Of a stretch of DNA of 64,000 bases, positions 37,371 through 46,761 are shown piece after piece; position 1 is the first letter of the stretch, and every line of letters starts with the position of its first letter. The notes under the pieces are model-generated. The model was not told where the DNA came from and ran no database searches. It saw nothing but the letters and a program-made list of their open reading frames with translations. The stretch comes from Myxococcota bacterium (GTDB lineage Bacteria; Myxococcota_A; UBA9042; PHBI01; JAWLBL01), in contig JAWLBL010000017.1 in NCBI GenBank assembly GCA_041687695.1, positions 96,001-160,000 of the forward strand, read 5' to 3'. The position numbers and the translations under genes were made by a program.

Positions 37371-38882
37371 TCAAGGCGTTCGCGCGGTAATCCGGTCGCC
37401 GGTCGCGGGCTCTCGCGCGTCGTCGAGGGAGGCGTACAGGCGCTGGAGGCGCTCGGGGTCCGCGCGCACGGCGATGTTGCGCGTGTCGGCGACCGTGACC
37501 AGGCCGGGGCCGGCGCCGCGGGGCTTGCGGACGTGCTTTCGCTCGGTCCACATCACGTCGATGACGGTCTCGCCACGGAGCTTGCTGTGCCAGGCCGCGA
37601 GGAGCGCCGCGTCGAGCAGGGCCTCGGGGCTGGGATCGCCGCGCCCGGCGCGACGCAGGACGACGTGGGAGCCGGGGCAGTCGCGGGCGTGCAGCCAGAC
37701 GTCCTGGCCGCGGGCGACCTGGAAGGTGAGCCGGTCGTTGTCGCGCGCGCCGCGGCCGACCAGGATGGGCGTGCCGTCCACGGCTCGGAACTCGCGGTAG
37801 GGCAGGGCGGGGGCGTCGTCGGCGCGGCCGCGGGGCGGGGCCTGGACGGGGGGACGCCAGCCCAGCGCGCGCAGGCGTCGCTCGAGCGCCTCGAGGGCGG
37901 CGTCGGCGGCCGGGACGTCGTCGAGCGCCGCGTCGGGGTCGAAGGCGTCGACGTCCCCCCTCAGGGCCTCGACGGCCGCCTGGGTCTCGAGCACCTCGAG
38001 CACGAAGCCTTCGGCGCGCTCGCGGCCGCCGCTCAGCTTGCGGTACAGGTGAAAGTGGCGCTGCATGTTCTCGACCGGGCTCAGCCGCGGGTCGAGCGGC
38101 ACCTCGGTCTCGCCCCCGTCCTCGCGGGCCCAGTCGCGCAGGCGGACGCGGTCGGCGCCCTTGGGGATGTCGCGCAAGGCGGCCTTGAGGAGCTCGCCGT
38201 GGTGGCGGTGGCGGTCGGCCGACTCGGCGCGCGCGAGCTCGTGCTCGAAGGCCTGTCGCTTGCGATCGAGGCGCTTGCCGAAGGCGCGGACGTGGCGGGC
38301 GAGCTCGTTGCCGCGGCGTTCGAGGCGGGCTCGTTCGGCGGCGCCGCGGAGCGTGGCGTCCCAGCGGTCGAGCCAAACGTCGTCGGCGAGCTCGGGCCAG
38401 GGATCGGGGCCGGGTGCGAAGGGGCGGGCGTCGGGATCCCGGGCGGGGCGGCCTTCGTGGAGCAGGGCGGTGGGGGTGTCGTCCGGGCCGAGCAGCACGG
38501 CGGCGTTGGGGAAGCGGCCGGCGAGCTGGACGGCGAGGGTGAGCGCGTCGGGGCCGCGGGTCAGGGTGATGGTCATGCCTCGGTCCATCCAGGGCTCGAC
38601 GGCACGGACGCGGGCGCCCTCGAGCGCCTTGCGGAACAGGAGCGCCGTGCGATCGGGTGCCGCGGGGGTGGGGGGCCACTCGCGGGTGAGTGACAGGCGG
38701 GGCAGGGCGCGTTGGGGCGCAATGAGCAGGCGCTCCCCGCCGGGCCCGGAGTCCTTGAGGAGCAACGCGCCGCCTTCGAGGTGCCACACGCGCTCGACGT
38801 AGCGGCCGGACAGGCGTGCCGCCAGGGCGTCGGCGAGTCGGGCAAGGGCGCCCGTGGTCGATGGGATGGCTCGGGTAGGCAT
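37371..38882 (-). CDS. rqcH: NFACT family protein (RqcH/Rqc2/FbpA-like ribosome quality control factor)
   Basis: NFACT-N with DR motif (PWMDRG); coiled coil with LDPRLSPVEN; NFACT-R ILVGR.A.DND.LT...WLHA...PGSHV, KHVRKP.GA.PG.V. Confidence 0.85.
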   Translation of the reverse strand: MPTRAIPSTTGALARLADALAARLSGRYVERVWHLEGGALLLKDSGPGGERLLIAPQRALPRLSLTREWPPTPAAPDRTALLFRKALEGARVRAVEPWMDRGMTITLTRGPDALTLAVQLAGRFPNAAVLLGPDDTPTALLHEGRPARDPDARPFAPGPDPWPELADDVWLDRWDATLRGAAERARLERRGNELARHVRAFGKRLDRKRQAFEHELARAESADRHRHHGELLKAALRDIPKGADRVRLRDWAREDGGETEVPLDPRLSPVENMQRHFHLYRKLSGGRERAEGFVLEVLETQAAVEALRGDVDAFDPDAALDDVPAADAALEALERRLRALGWRPPVQAPPRGRADDAPALPYREFRAVDGTPILVGRGARDNDRLTFQVARGQDVWLHARDCPGSHVVLRRAGRGDPSPEALLDAALLAAWHSKLRGETVIDVMWTERKHVRKPRGAGPGLVTVADTRNIAVRADPERLQRLYASLDDAREPATGDRITARTP

Positions 38883-39085
38883 GGCCGCCAACGTTGGGCC
38901 GATGTGAGGGAGGACGCAAGCTCGCGGGAGGAGACGCAGCCCCTCGGCCCTGAGCCGTGACATGGGGGGGAGTCGCTCTATCCTCCGAGAGACCTCCCGA
39001 CACCACGACCGGCCTCGTGACTCGCGTCATGCGTCGCTTCAGCGCGACGCGGCGGCGCGCGCGGGGCCCTGCGCCCAGGAGACCG

Positions 39086-39661
39086 ATGGCCGAGCGCGAA
39101 GACGACCGGCGCCCTGTAGAGGCCCAGCGGCCCGCGAGCGAGCGCGAGGGCGCCACGGGCGGCGAGCCACCGGAGCAGCTGCCAGCCTCGCGGCGACGGT
39201 TCCTGGGACGCGTGGCCTTGACGGCCGGGACGATCGGGGCCGGGCTGGTCGTGGTGCCGCTGTGCGCCGTCGTGCTCGACCCCTTGGATACACCCGAGCC
39301 GGTGTGGCACCCGCTGGGGCCCGTGGACGCGTTCGCCATCGGTGGGACCAGCAAGGTCACCTTCGTCGATCCGGAGGCCTTGCCATGGGCAGGCGCCGTC
39401 GCTCGGACGGCGGCGTGGCTCAGGCGCGAGGCCGCCGACCGGTTCGTCGCGTTCTCGGGCTATTGCACCCACGCGGGGTGTCCGGTCCGCTGGGAAGAGG
39501 GCGCGCAGTTCTTCCTGTGCCCCTGTCACGGCGGGGTCTTCCACCGCGACGGCTCGGTCGCCGCGGGGCCGCCGGCGCGGCCGCTGCCGTCCTTGCAGGT
39601 GCGCGTACGGCAGGGGCAGGTGGAGATCCTGACCGACCCCCGGCTGACGCGGGTCGGCTGA
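39086..39661 (+). CDS. Rieske 2Fe-2S subunit of a cytochrome bc complex
   Basis: Tat motif SRRRFL; CTHAGC and CPCHGG; AGGAG RBS. Confidence 0.93.
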   Translation: MAEREDDRRPVEAQRPASEREGATGGEPPEQLPASRRRFLGRVALTAGTIGAGLVVVPLCAVVLDPLDTPEPVWHPLGPVDAFAIGGTSKVTFVDPEALPWAGAVARTAAWLRREAADRFVAFSGYCTHAGCPVRWEEGAQFFLCPCHGGVFHRDGSVAAGPPARPLPSLQVRVRQGQVEILTDPRLTRVG

Positions 39662-39662
39662 C

Positions 39663-41111
39663 GTGGGCGGCGAGCGTGCGGGGCCGCTGCGGCGCGCGTG
39701 GCGACGGGTGGCAGGTCGGCTGAGTCACCTGCTGGGCCTCGAGCCGATCGTAGCGGTGGCGCGCCATCGTATCCCGGCGGCCCTCGTCGGTCGCGTCGGG
39801 TGGATGACCATCTTCGGCAGCGCCATCCTGACCGCCTTCGGGGTCCAGGTCGTCACGGGGATCGCCCTGGCCAGCAAGTACGCGGCCGCGCCGGCGCACG
39901 CCTACGACACGGTCCAGCACCTGACCAACGAGGTGTGGCTGGGGTGGCTGGTGCGCGGCATGCACTTCTACGGCGCGAGCGCGATGATCGTGCTGGTCCT
40001 CGTGCACATGGCGCGCGTGTTCCTGACCGGGTCCTACAAGTACCCGCGGCAGATGAACTGGGTGACGGGCGTGCTGCTGCTCGGCCTCACCTTCGGGATG
40101 GGCTTCACCGGGCAGCTGCTGCGCTGGGACCAGGACGGCCTGTGGACCGTGATGATCGCCTCCCAGTTCGTCGAGCGCGTGCCCTTCATCGGTTCTGCTC
40201 TCGCCGAGGTCGTCCTGGCTGGCGACGACGTCAGCGGGACCACGCTCAGCCGCTTCTTCGTCCTCCACGTCGTGGTCTTCCCCGCCCTCATCGGCGCGTT
40301 CGTCGCGGTGCACCTGTACCTCGTCATCCGGCACGGCATCTCCGAGCCCCCCGTGGCCGGACGCCCCGTCGACCCGTCGAGCTACGAGCGCGAGTACGCG
40401 CAGCTCGAGCGCGCCGGCGGCCGCTTCTGGCCCGACGCCGCCTGGCGCGACGCCGTCGTCGGGCTCCTCGTCATCCTCGTCGTCATCACGCTGGCCGTGG
40501 TCCTGGGGCCCCGCCCGCTCAACCTGCCGCCCGACCCCACGCAGCTCGACGCCGATCCCCGCCCGGACTGGTATCTGCGGTGGTACTACGCGCTGCTCTA
40601 TCTGCACCCGCGCACCCTCGGCGACTGGGTCATGGTCTGGGCGCCCATCCTGGTGGGCCTGTACCTGCTGGCGCTGCCCTTCGTGTTCGCCCGCGGCGAG
40701 CGCCACCCTCGTCGCCGCCCCTGGGCCGTCGCCAGCGTCCTCATCGTGACCGTCGGCTTCGGCTACCTGACCTGGCTCGGCGTCGAGGCCCCATGGGTGC
40801 CCCGCTTCACCACGGAACCCATCGACCCGGCGCGCGTCGGCCTGCCCGCCGGGCCCGCGACCGCCGGCGCGCACCTCTTCTACGAGCGCGGCTGCCAGTA
40901 CTGCCACGCCGTCCACGGCTTCGGCGGCGTCTACGGTCCGGATCTCACCGACGTCTCCGCCCGGATGTCCGACGGCCAGCTGGTGGCCATCGTGACCCAG
41001 GGGTTCGGCGACATGCCGGCCTACCGCGAGACCCTGCCGCCCGGCGAGCTCGACGCGCTGCTCGCCTTCTTCCGAGCCGCCGCCGCCCTCGAGCCGGGGA
41101 GGGCGCCATGA
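39663..41111 (+). CDS. Cytochrome b (b6 + subunit IV-like) fused to a C-terminal c-type cytochrome
   Basis: Haem b His pairs (RGMHFYGAS...VHMARV; FFVLHV...VHLYL); PDWY; CQYCH...M. Confidence 0.93.
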   Translation: MGGERAGPLRRAWRRVAGRLSHLLGLEPIVAVARHRIPAALVGRVGWMTIFGSAILTAFGVQVVTGIALASKYAAAPAHAYDTVQHLTNEVWLGWLVRGMHFYGASAMIVLVLVHMARVFLTGSYKYPRQMNWVTGVLLLGLTFGMGFTGQLLRWDQDGLWTVMIASQFVERVPFIGSALAEVVLAGDDVSGTTLSRFFVLHVVVFPALIGAFVAVHLYLVIRHGISEPPVAGRPVDPSSYEREYAQLERAGGRFWPDAAWRDAVVGLLVILVVITLAVVLGPRPLNLPPDPTQLDADPRPDWYLRWYYALLYLHPRTLGDWVMVWAPILVGLYLLALPFVFARGERHPRRRPWAVASVLIVTVGFGYLTWLGVEAPWVPRFTTEPIDPARVGLPAGPATAGAHLFYERGCQYCHAVHGFGGVYGPDLTDVSARMSDGQLVAIVTQGFGDMPAYRETLPPGELDALLAFFRAAAALEPGRAP

Positions 41112-42100
41112 CCCGGGCTCGCCCGTTCATCGCCAGCGCGCTCCTCGCGGCGGGCTGCCAGGGGCCGCACTCGGTCTTGAGCCCCGCCGGTCCGGCCGCC
41201 CGCAGCATCGAGGGCCTCTGGTGGGTCCTGTTCTGGGGCACCATCGTCGCCGCCGCCCTGACCATCGTCCTCATCGTGTTCGTCGTCCTGCGCCGCCGCC
41301 GCGTGCCGGGCCCCGGCACCGTGGACGCGCGCCGCGAGGACCGCTGGCTGCTCGTCACCGGGGTCGCCATCCCGGCGGCCATCGTGCTGACCCTGCTGGT
41401 CGCCACGTTCCGCACGGCCGAGCAGGTCGCCCGCCCGCCGACCGAGCCGGCCCTCACCATCGACGTCGTGGGCCACCAGTTCTGGTGGGAGGTGCGTTAC
41501 CCGGACCACGGCGTCGTCACGGCCAACGAGATCCACATCCCGGTCGGTCGCCCCGTCCGGCTTCGCCTGGGAAGCGCCGATGTGATCCACAGCTTCTGGG
41601 TCCCACGCCTCGCCGGCAAGATGGACATGACCCCCGGCCACGTGACCGAGCTCTGGCTCGAGGCTGACTCGCCAGGGGTCTACCGCGGCCAATGCGCCGA
41701 GCTGTGCGGCGTGCAGCACGCGCTCATGGCCTTCCTGGTGGTCGCCCAGCCGGACGCCGAGCTCGCCGCCTGGCTCGAGGCGCAGGCCCGCCCGGCCGCC
41801 GCGCCCGTCACCGACGCCTCCGCCCGCGGGCTCACCGTCTACCGACAGTTCGACTGCGTCGCCTGTCACGCCGTCCGCGGGCTCACGCGGCCGCAGCAGG
41901 CGCGCGCCCCCGGGCCCGACCTCACCCACCTCTCCTCCCGCCGCACCCTGGCGGCCGTCACCCTGCCGATGAGCCGCGGCAATCTGGCCGGCTGGATCCT
42001 CGACCCGCAAGCCCACAAGCCCGGCAACCGCATGCCCGCCACCACGCTCACCCCCGACCAGCTCCACGATCTGCTCGCCTTCCTCGAGGGCCTGCGATGA
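41108..42100 (+). CDS. coxB: Cytochrome c oxidase subunit II with fused cytochrome c (caa3 type)
   Basis: GHQFWW, SADVIHSFWVP, GQCAELCGVQHALM (CuA); CVACH; lipobox-like AAGC. Confidence 0.93.
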   Translation: MTRARPFIASALLAAGCQGPHSVLSPAGPAARSIEGLWWVLFWGTIVAAALTIVLIVFVVLRRRRVPGPGTVDARREDRWLLVTGVAIPAAIVLTLLVATFRTAEQVARPPTEPALTIDVVGHQFWWEVRYPDHGVVTANEIHIPVGRPVRLRLGSADVIHSFWVPRLAGKMDMTPGHVTELWLEADSPGVYRGQCAELCGVQHALMAFLVVAQPDAELAAWLEAQARPAAAPVTDASARGLTVYRQFDCVACHAVRGLTRPQQARAPGPDLTHLSSRRTLAAVTLPMSRGNLAGWILDPQAHKPGNRMPATTLTPDQLHDLLAFLEGLR

Positions 42101-44004
42101 GCACCGCCCCCGCCGAGCCCGACCTGCGCCAGACCCTCGCGCGCGTCTGGGCCAATAAGCCCGGCCTCGTGGGCGCCCTCGGCCAGGTCAACCACAAGAC
42201 CATCGGCGTCCGCTACATGGTCACCGCGCTCGCCTTCTTCGTCGTCGGCGGCCTCGAGGCCCTCGTCATCCGCGCGCAGCTGGCCTCGCCCAACGCCGGC
42301 CTCGTCTCGCCCGAGCTGTACAACCAGCTCTTCACCATGCACGGCTCGACCATGATGTTCCTGTTCGTCGTGCCGTTCCTCGAGGGCCTCGCCATCTACC
42401 TGGTCCCGCTGATGATCGGCACGCGCGACATGGCCTTCCCGCGCCTGAACGCCTTCGGCTACTGGGTCTATCTGTTCGCCGGCCTGGCGCTCCACGTCGG
42501 ATTGCTCGCCGGCGTCGCCCCCGACGCGGGCTGGTTCAACTACCCGCCGCTCAGCGGCCCCGGCTACTCGCTCGGCCCGCACATCGACTACTGGGTCGCC
42601 ACCATCACCCTGCTCGAGGTCGCCGCCCTCGCCGCCGCCGTCGAGCTCATCGTGACCATCCTGCGCCAACGCGCGCCGGGCATGACCCTCAGCCGCATGC
42701 CGCTGTTCGTCTGGAGCGCCCTGGTCATGGCGTTCATGATCGTCTTCGCCATGCCTCCGCTGGTCGTCACCAGCCTCTTTCTGGGCCTCGACCGCTTCGC
42801 GGGCATGCACTTCTTCAACGTCGCCGCCGGCGGCGAGCCGCTCCTGTGGCAGCACCTCTTCTGGTTCTTCGGCCACCCCGACGTCTACATCATGCTGGTG
42901 CCCGTCCAGGGCGCCGTGTCGATGATCGTCCCCGCCTTCGCCCGCCGCCCCCTGGCCGGCTACCGCTGGGCCGTCCTGTCGCTGGTCGCCATCGGCTTCG
43001 TCAGCTTCGGGCTGTGGGTCCACCACATGTACGCCGCCGGCCTGCCCGTCCTCGGCACCAGCTTCTTCGCCGGCGCCAGCATGATGATCACCATCCCCAG
43101 CGCCGTGCTCATCTTCGCCTGGATCCTCACCCTCTGGCGCGGCCGCCTCCGCCTCGAGCTGCCGCTGCTGTTCGTCATCGGCTTCTTGGTCCTGCTCATC
43201 CTGGGCGGCATCACGGGCATCATGCTCGCCTCGCAGCCCTTCGACACGCAGGTCCACGACACCTACTTCGTCGTCGCCCACTTCCACTACGTCCTGTTCG
43301 GCGGCGTCGTCTTCCCCATCTTCGCCGCCATCTACTACTGGTTCCCCAAGGTGACCGGCCGGATGCTCGGCAAGCGCCTCGGTCACGCGCACTTCTGGCT
43401 GTTCCTCGTCGGTTTCAAGATCACCTTCTTCCCGATGCACCTGCTCGGCTTCGACGGCATGCCCCGGCGCGTCTACACCTACCTGCCGGGCCTGGGCTGG
43501 GAGTCCAACAACCTCCTCGCCACCATCGGCGCCTTCATCCTCGCCCTCGGCGCCCTGGCCTTCACCATCAACTTCTTCGCCAGCCTCCTCGGCGGCCGCC
43601 GCGCCGGCGACGACCCCTGGCAGGCCGGCACCCTCGAGTGGGCCACCGCCTCTCCCCCGCCGATCTACAACTTCGCCGCCCTCCCCGCGGTCGACGACCT
43701 CGAGCCCCGCTGGACCGAGGGCCCCGATCCACGCCCGCGCCCCGTCGCCTCCGTCGCCTTCGACGCCCCCGGCGACGTCCGCCGCGAGGTCCTGGCCACC
43801 ACCGCCCTCGACGCCCGCCCCGAGCACCGCGTCCCCCTGCCGGCCAGCTCCCTGTGGCCCCTCGCGCTCGCCGCCAGCGTCACCCTGGCCTTCGTCGGCG
43901 CGATGACCCACCTCGGCCTCGTGGTCGTCGGCGCCGCCCTCTCCGCCCTCGCCCTCGTCGGCTGGTTCCGCCAGGCGAACCCCGCCCCGGAGGCCCCCCG
44001 ATGA
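42097..44004 (+). CDS. coxA: Haem-copper oxidase subunit I (A-family-like, with GHPDVY and K-channel Lys replaced by Leu)
   Basis: FTMHG, GHPDVY, WVHHM, HDTYFVVAHFHY, GMPRR. Confidence 0.95.
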   Translation: MSTAPAEPDLRQTLARVWANKPGLVGALGQVNHKTIGVRYMVTALAFFVVGGLEALVIRAQLASPNAGLVSPELYNQLFTMHGSTMMFLFVVPFLEGLAIYLVPLMIGTRDMAFPRLNAFGYWVYLFAGLALHVGLLAGVAPDAGWFNYPPLSGPGYSLGPHIDYWVATITLLEVAALAAAVELIVTILRQRAPGMTLSRMPLFVWSALVMAFMIVFAMPPLVVTSLFLGLDRFAGMHFFNVAAGGEPLLWQHLFWFFGHPDVYIMLVPVQGAVSMIVPAFARRPLAGYRWAVLSLVAIGFVSFGLWVHHMYAAGLPVLGTSFFAGASMMITIPSAVLIFAWILTLWRGRLRLELPLLFVIGFLVLLILGGITGIMLASQPFDTQVHDTYFVVAHFHYVLFGGVVFPIFAAIYYWFPKVTGRMLGKRLGHAHFWLFLVGFKITFFPMHLLGFDGMPRRVYTYLPGLGWESNNLLATIGAFILALGALAFTINFFASLLGGRRAGDDPWQAGTLEWATASPPPIYNFAALPAVDDLEPRWTEGPDPRPRPVASVAFDAPGDVRREVLATTALDARPEHRVPLPASSLWPLALAASVTLAFVGAMTHLGLVVVGAALSALALVGWFRQANPAPEAPR

Positions 44005-44633
44005 CCTCGCCGCCCCTCGATCTCACGGCCTTGCCGCGCGGCGCCCGCGGCGCCCGCGCCTTCGCCGTGTGGGGCGTAGCGCTCCTCGTCGCCATCGAGC
44101 TCACCGTCGTCGCCTCGATGATCACCAGCTACTTCTACCTGCGCGTGACGACCTCCGGCCCCTGGCCGCCCCCGGGCATCGCGCCGCCGGACCCCACCCT
44201 CGCCACGCTCGCGCTCGCCTCGCTGCTCGCCAGCCTCGTCCCCCTGCACCTCACCCTCCGCGCCCTCCGCCAAGGCACCCCGGCTCGCCTCCGCCCGACG
44301 CTCGCCACCGGCCTCGCGCTCGCAGCCGGATACGTCGTCCTCAGCGCCCTCGACCTCGCCAAGAAGCCTCACGACTGGACCGTCAACGCCTACACCTCCA
44401 TCGAGTGGACCCTGTCGGGCTACCAGCTCTTCCACGTCATCGCCCTGACCGGTCTGCTCGCGGCCTTGACCGTCGCCGCCCTGCGCGGCCGCTTCGACCG
44501 CCTCGACCCCACCGACCTCGCCATCGTCGACGGCGCCCTCCTTTACTGGGCCTTCGTCGCCGCCGCCGCCGTCCCGGCCTGGGCCACCCTGTACCTGTCG
44601 CCCCGCCTGCTCGGCGCCGACGGAGGCGGCTGA
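44001..44633 (+). CDS. coxC: Cytochrome c oxidase subunit III-like
   Basis: W.G....AIE......SYFYLR...WPPPG; AY.S..W...G....HV; LYW.FV; ATGA coupling. Confidence 0.85.
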   Translation: MTSPPLDLTALPRGARGARAFAVWGVALLVAIELTVVASMITSYFYLRVTTSGPWPPPGIAPPDPTLATLALASLLASLVPLHLTLRALRQGTPARLRPTLATGLALAAGYVVLSALDLAKKPHDWTVNAYTSIEWTLSGYQLFHVIALTGLLAALTVAALRGRFDRLDPTDLAIVDGALLYWAFVAAAAVPAWATLYLSPRLLGADGGG

Positions 44634-44634
44634 C

Positions 44635-45915
44635 ATGGCCACGCCCGCGGTCCGCCTCACCCTGGTCGCGCTGCTCGGCCCCCCGGTCGCCTGGCTGGCC
44701 CACCTGCTCGCCAGCTACGCGCTGGTCCCCGCCGTCTGCCAGGGCGCCACCGTCCTTTGGCTCCACGTGGTCACGGCGCTCGCCCTCGCCGCGACCCTCG
44801 GCGCGGCCCTCGCCTCACGACGCCTCGCCCGCCGCGCCCCCACGCTGGCCGAGCCCGCCGCCGGCCGCGCCCGCTTCTTCGCCCGCGCCGGCCTGGTCCA
44901 GAGCGCCTTCTTCGCCCTCGTCATCCTGGCCGAGGCCCTCTACACCTTCATCGGCGACCCCTGCGCCTTCGTCTTCGGCCCCCTCGCGCTCGCGGCCCTC
45001 CTGGCCCGCCTGCTCGCCCCCGCCGCCCACGCCGCCGTCGGCGGCCCGCCGCTCACCCCCGACCAGCTCGCGACCGCCTGGAACCCCGACCCGCTGGTCT
45101 GGGCCTCCCTCGCCGCCCTGACCCTCGCCTACGCGGCCGGCCTCGTCCGCCTCCGCCGCCGCGCGCCGCGACTCGCCGCCCTCGCGCGCCCCCGCCAGCT
45201 CGCCTTCGCCCTGGCCCTCCTCGCGCTCCTCACCGCGCTGGCCTCCCCCCTCGACGCCCTCGGCGAGGCGCTCTTCTCGGCCCACATGGCCCAGCACCTG
45301 CTCCTCACCGCCGTCGCCGCGCCGCTGCTGGTCCTGTCCCGCGCGCCGCTCGCCGCCCTCTGGGCCCTGCCGCGCGCCGTCCGCCACGCCCTCGCCCGCC
45401 TCCTCCGCGCCCGCCCGACCCGCGCCGCCTGGGCGCTGATCACGACCCCCGCCGTCGCCTGGCTGGTCCACGTCGGCGTGCTGTGGCTCTGGCACGCGCC
45501 CCCGCTCTACGAGGGCGCCCTCGTCAGCGCGCCCCTGCACCTCATCGAGCACGCCAGCTTCCTCGGCTCGGCCGCCCTGTTCTGGTGGGTCGTCGTCCGC
45601 CGCGCCGGCTCCCCCCGCCTCCCGCACGGCCTCGCCCTCCTCTGGGTCTTCGCCGCCGCCGTCCAGGCCAGCCTCCTCGGCGTCCTCATCACCTTCTCGC
45701 GCGCCCCCTGGTACCCGGTCCACGCCGCCGGCGCCCAGGCCTTCGGCCTCAGCCCCCTGGCCGACCAGCAGCTCGCGGGGCTCGCCATGTGGGTCCCGGG
45801 CGGCCTCACCTACCTCGCCGCCGCCCTCCTGCTCCTCCGCGCCGGGCTGGCCGCCGCCGACCGCGCCCCCGCGCCCTCGGTGCGCCACCTCCTCGCCCCC
45901 CCGCACGAGGTCTGA
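44635..45915 (+). CDS. ctaG: Caa3-type CtaG cytochrome c oxidase assembly factor with N-terminal membrane extension
   Basis: SPLD..G..LFSAHMAQHLLL, W.WH.P.LY, H..EH, DQQLAG..MWVPGG. Confidence 0.85.
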   Translation: MATPAVRLTLVALLGPPVAWLAHLLASYALVPAVCQGATVLWLHVVTALALAATLGAALASRRLARRAPTLAEPAAGRARFFARAGLVQSAFFALVILAEALYTFIGDPCAFVFGPLALAALLARLLAPAAHAAVGGPPLTPDQLATAWNPDPLVWASLAALTLAYAAGLVRLRRRAPRLAALARPRQLAFALALLALLTALASPLDALGEALFSAHMAQHLLLTAVAAPLLVLSRAPLAALWALPRAVRHALARLLRARPTRAAWALITTPAVAWLVHVGVLWLWHAPPLYEGALVSAPLHLIEHASFLGSAALFWWVVVRRAGSPRLPHGLALLWVFAAAVQASLLGVLITFSRAPWYPVHAAGAQAFGLSPLADQQLAGLAMWVPGGLTYLAAALLLLRAGLAAADRAPAPSVRHLLAPPHEV

Positions 45916-45917
45916 TC

Positions 45918-46322
45918 ATGCCTCGCTCGCCCCGCCACCCGACGCTCGCGCTGGCCGCCTTCGGCCTGTTCTCCGCCGCGGCCGGGGCCCCCGCCTGCGT
46001 CGACCGAGAGGACGCCCCCGCCCGCCAGGTCGCCGACGGCGATCTCGAACGCGGCCGCCTCGCCCTCGAGCGCTACGGCTGCGGCGGCTGCCACCAGATC
46101 CCGGGCGTTCCCCGCGCCGTCAGCTGGGTCGCGCCGCCGCTGATGGCCTACGCCGAGCGCGGCTTCGTCGCAGGCGTCATGGCCAACAACGCCGACAACC
46201 TCATCGCCTGGATCATGGACCCGCCCGCCGTCGACCCGCTCACCGCCATGCCCAACCTGGGCGTGACCCGCGAGGACGCCCGCGACATGGCCGCCTACCT
46301 CTACTCGCTGAGAGGGCAGTGA
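45918..46322 (+). CDS. Mono-haem c-type cytochrome (exported/lipoprotein)
   Basis: CGGCH; TAMPNLG; N-terminal signal. Confidence 0.88.
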   Translation: MPRSPRHPTLALAAFGLFSAAAGAPACVDREDAPARQVADGDLERGRLALERYGCGGCHQIPGVPRAVSWVAPPLMAYAERGFVAGVMANNADNLIAWIMDPPAVDPLTAMPNLGVTREDARDMAAYLYSLRGQ

Positions 46323-46323
46323 C

Positions 46324-46761
46324 GTGCTCAGGTCCCTCCCGCCGCTCGCCGCCCTGACCCTGCCGCTCCTCGCCTGTCAACCCGAGCCCCCGGCCGCCGA
46401 GGCGGCGCCCGCGCCCGCCTCCAGGTCCGGCCTCGAAGCGACCGGAGAGGCCGGCCACTACCGCTTCGTCGTCACCCTCCAGCCGACCCAGCCGGCCGTC
46501 GGAGCGCTCTTCGGCGCGGTCACCACGGTCACCGACGCCGCGACGGGCGCGCCGGTCGACGGCCTGGACGTCCGCCTCGACGCGACCATGCCCGACCACG
46601 GCCATGGGATGCTGACCCGCCCCGAGCACCTCCCGCTCGGCCAGGGGCGCTACGAGACGCGTGGCCTCAAGCTGCACATGCCGGGCGCCTGGGTGTTCGA
46701 GGCGCGGGTCGCCGGCCCCCGCGCCGACCGCGTCCGCCTCCCCTGGGAGCAGCCGCCATGA
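46324..46761 (+). CDS. YtkA/FixH-like lipoprotein, putative copper chaperone
   Basis: LLAC lipobox; ATMPDHGHGM and LHMPGAW motifs. Confidence 0.75.
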   Translation: MLRSLPPLAALTLPLLACQPEPPAAEAAPAPASRSGLEATGEAGHYRFVVTLQPTQPAVGALFGAVTTVTDAATGAPVDGLDVRLDATMPDHGHGMLTRPEHLPLGQGRYETRGLKLHMPGAWVFEARVAGPRADRVRLPWEQPP

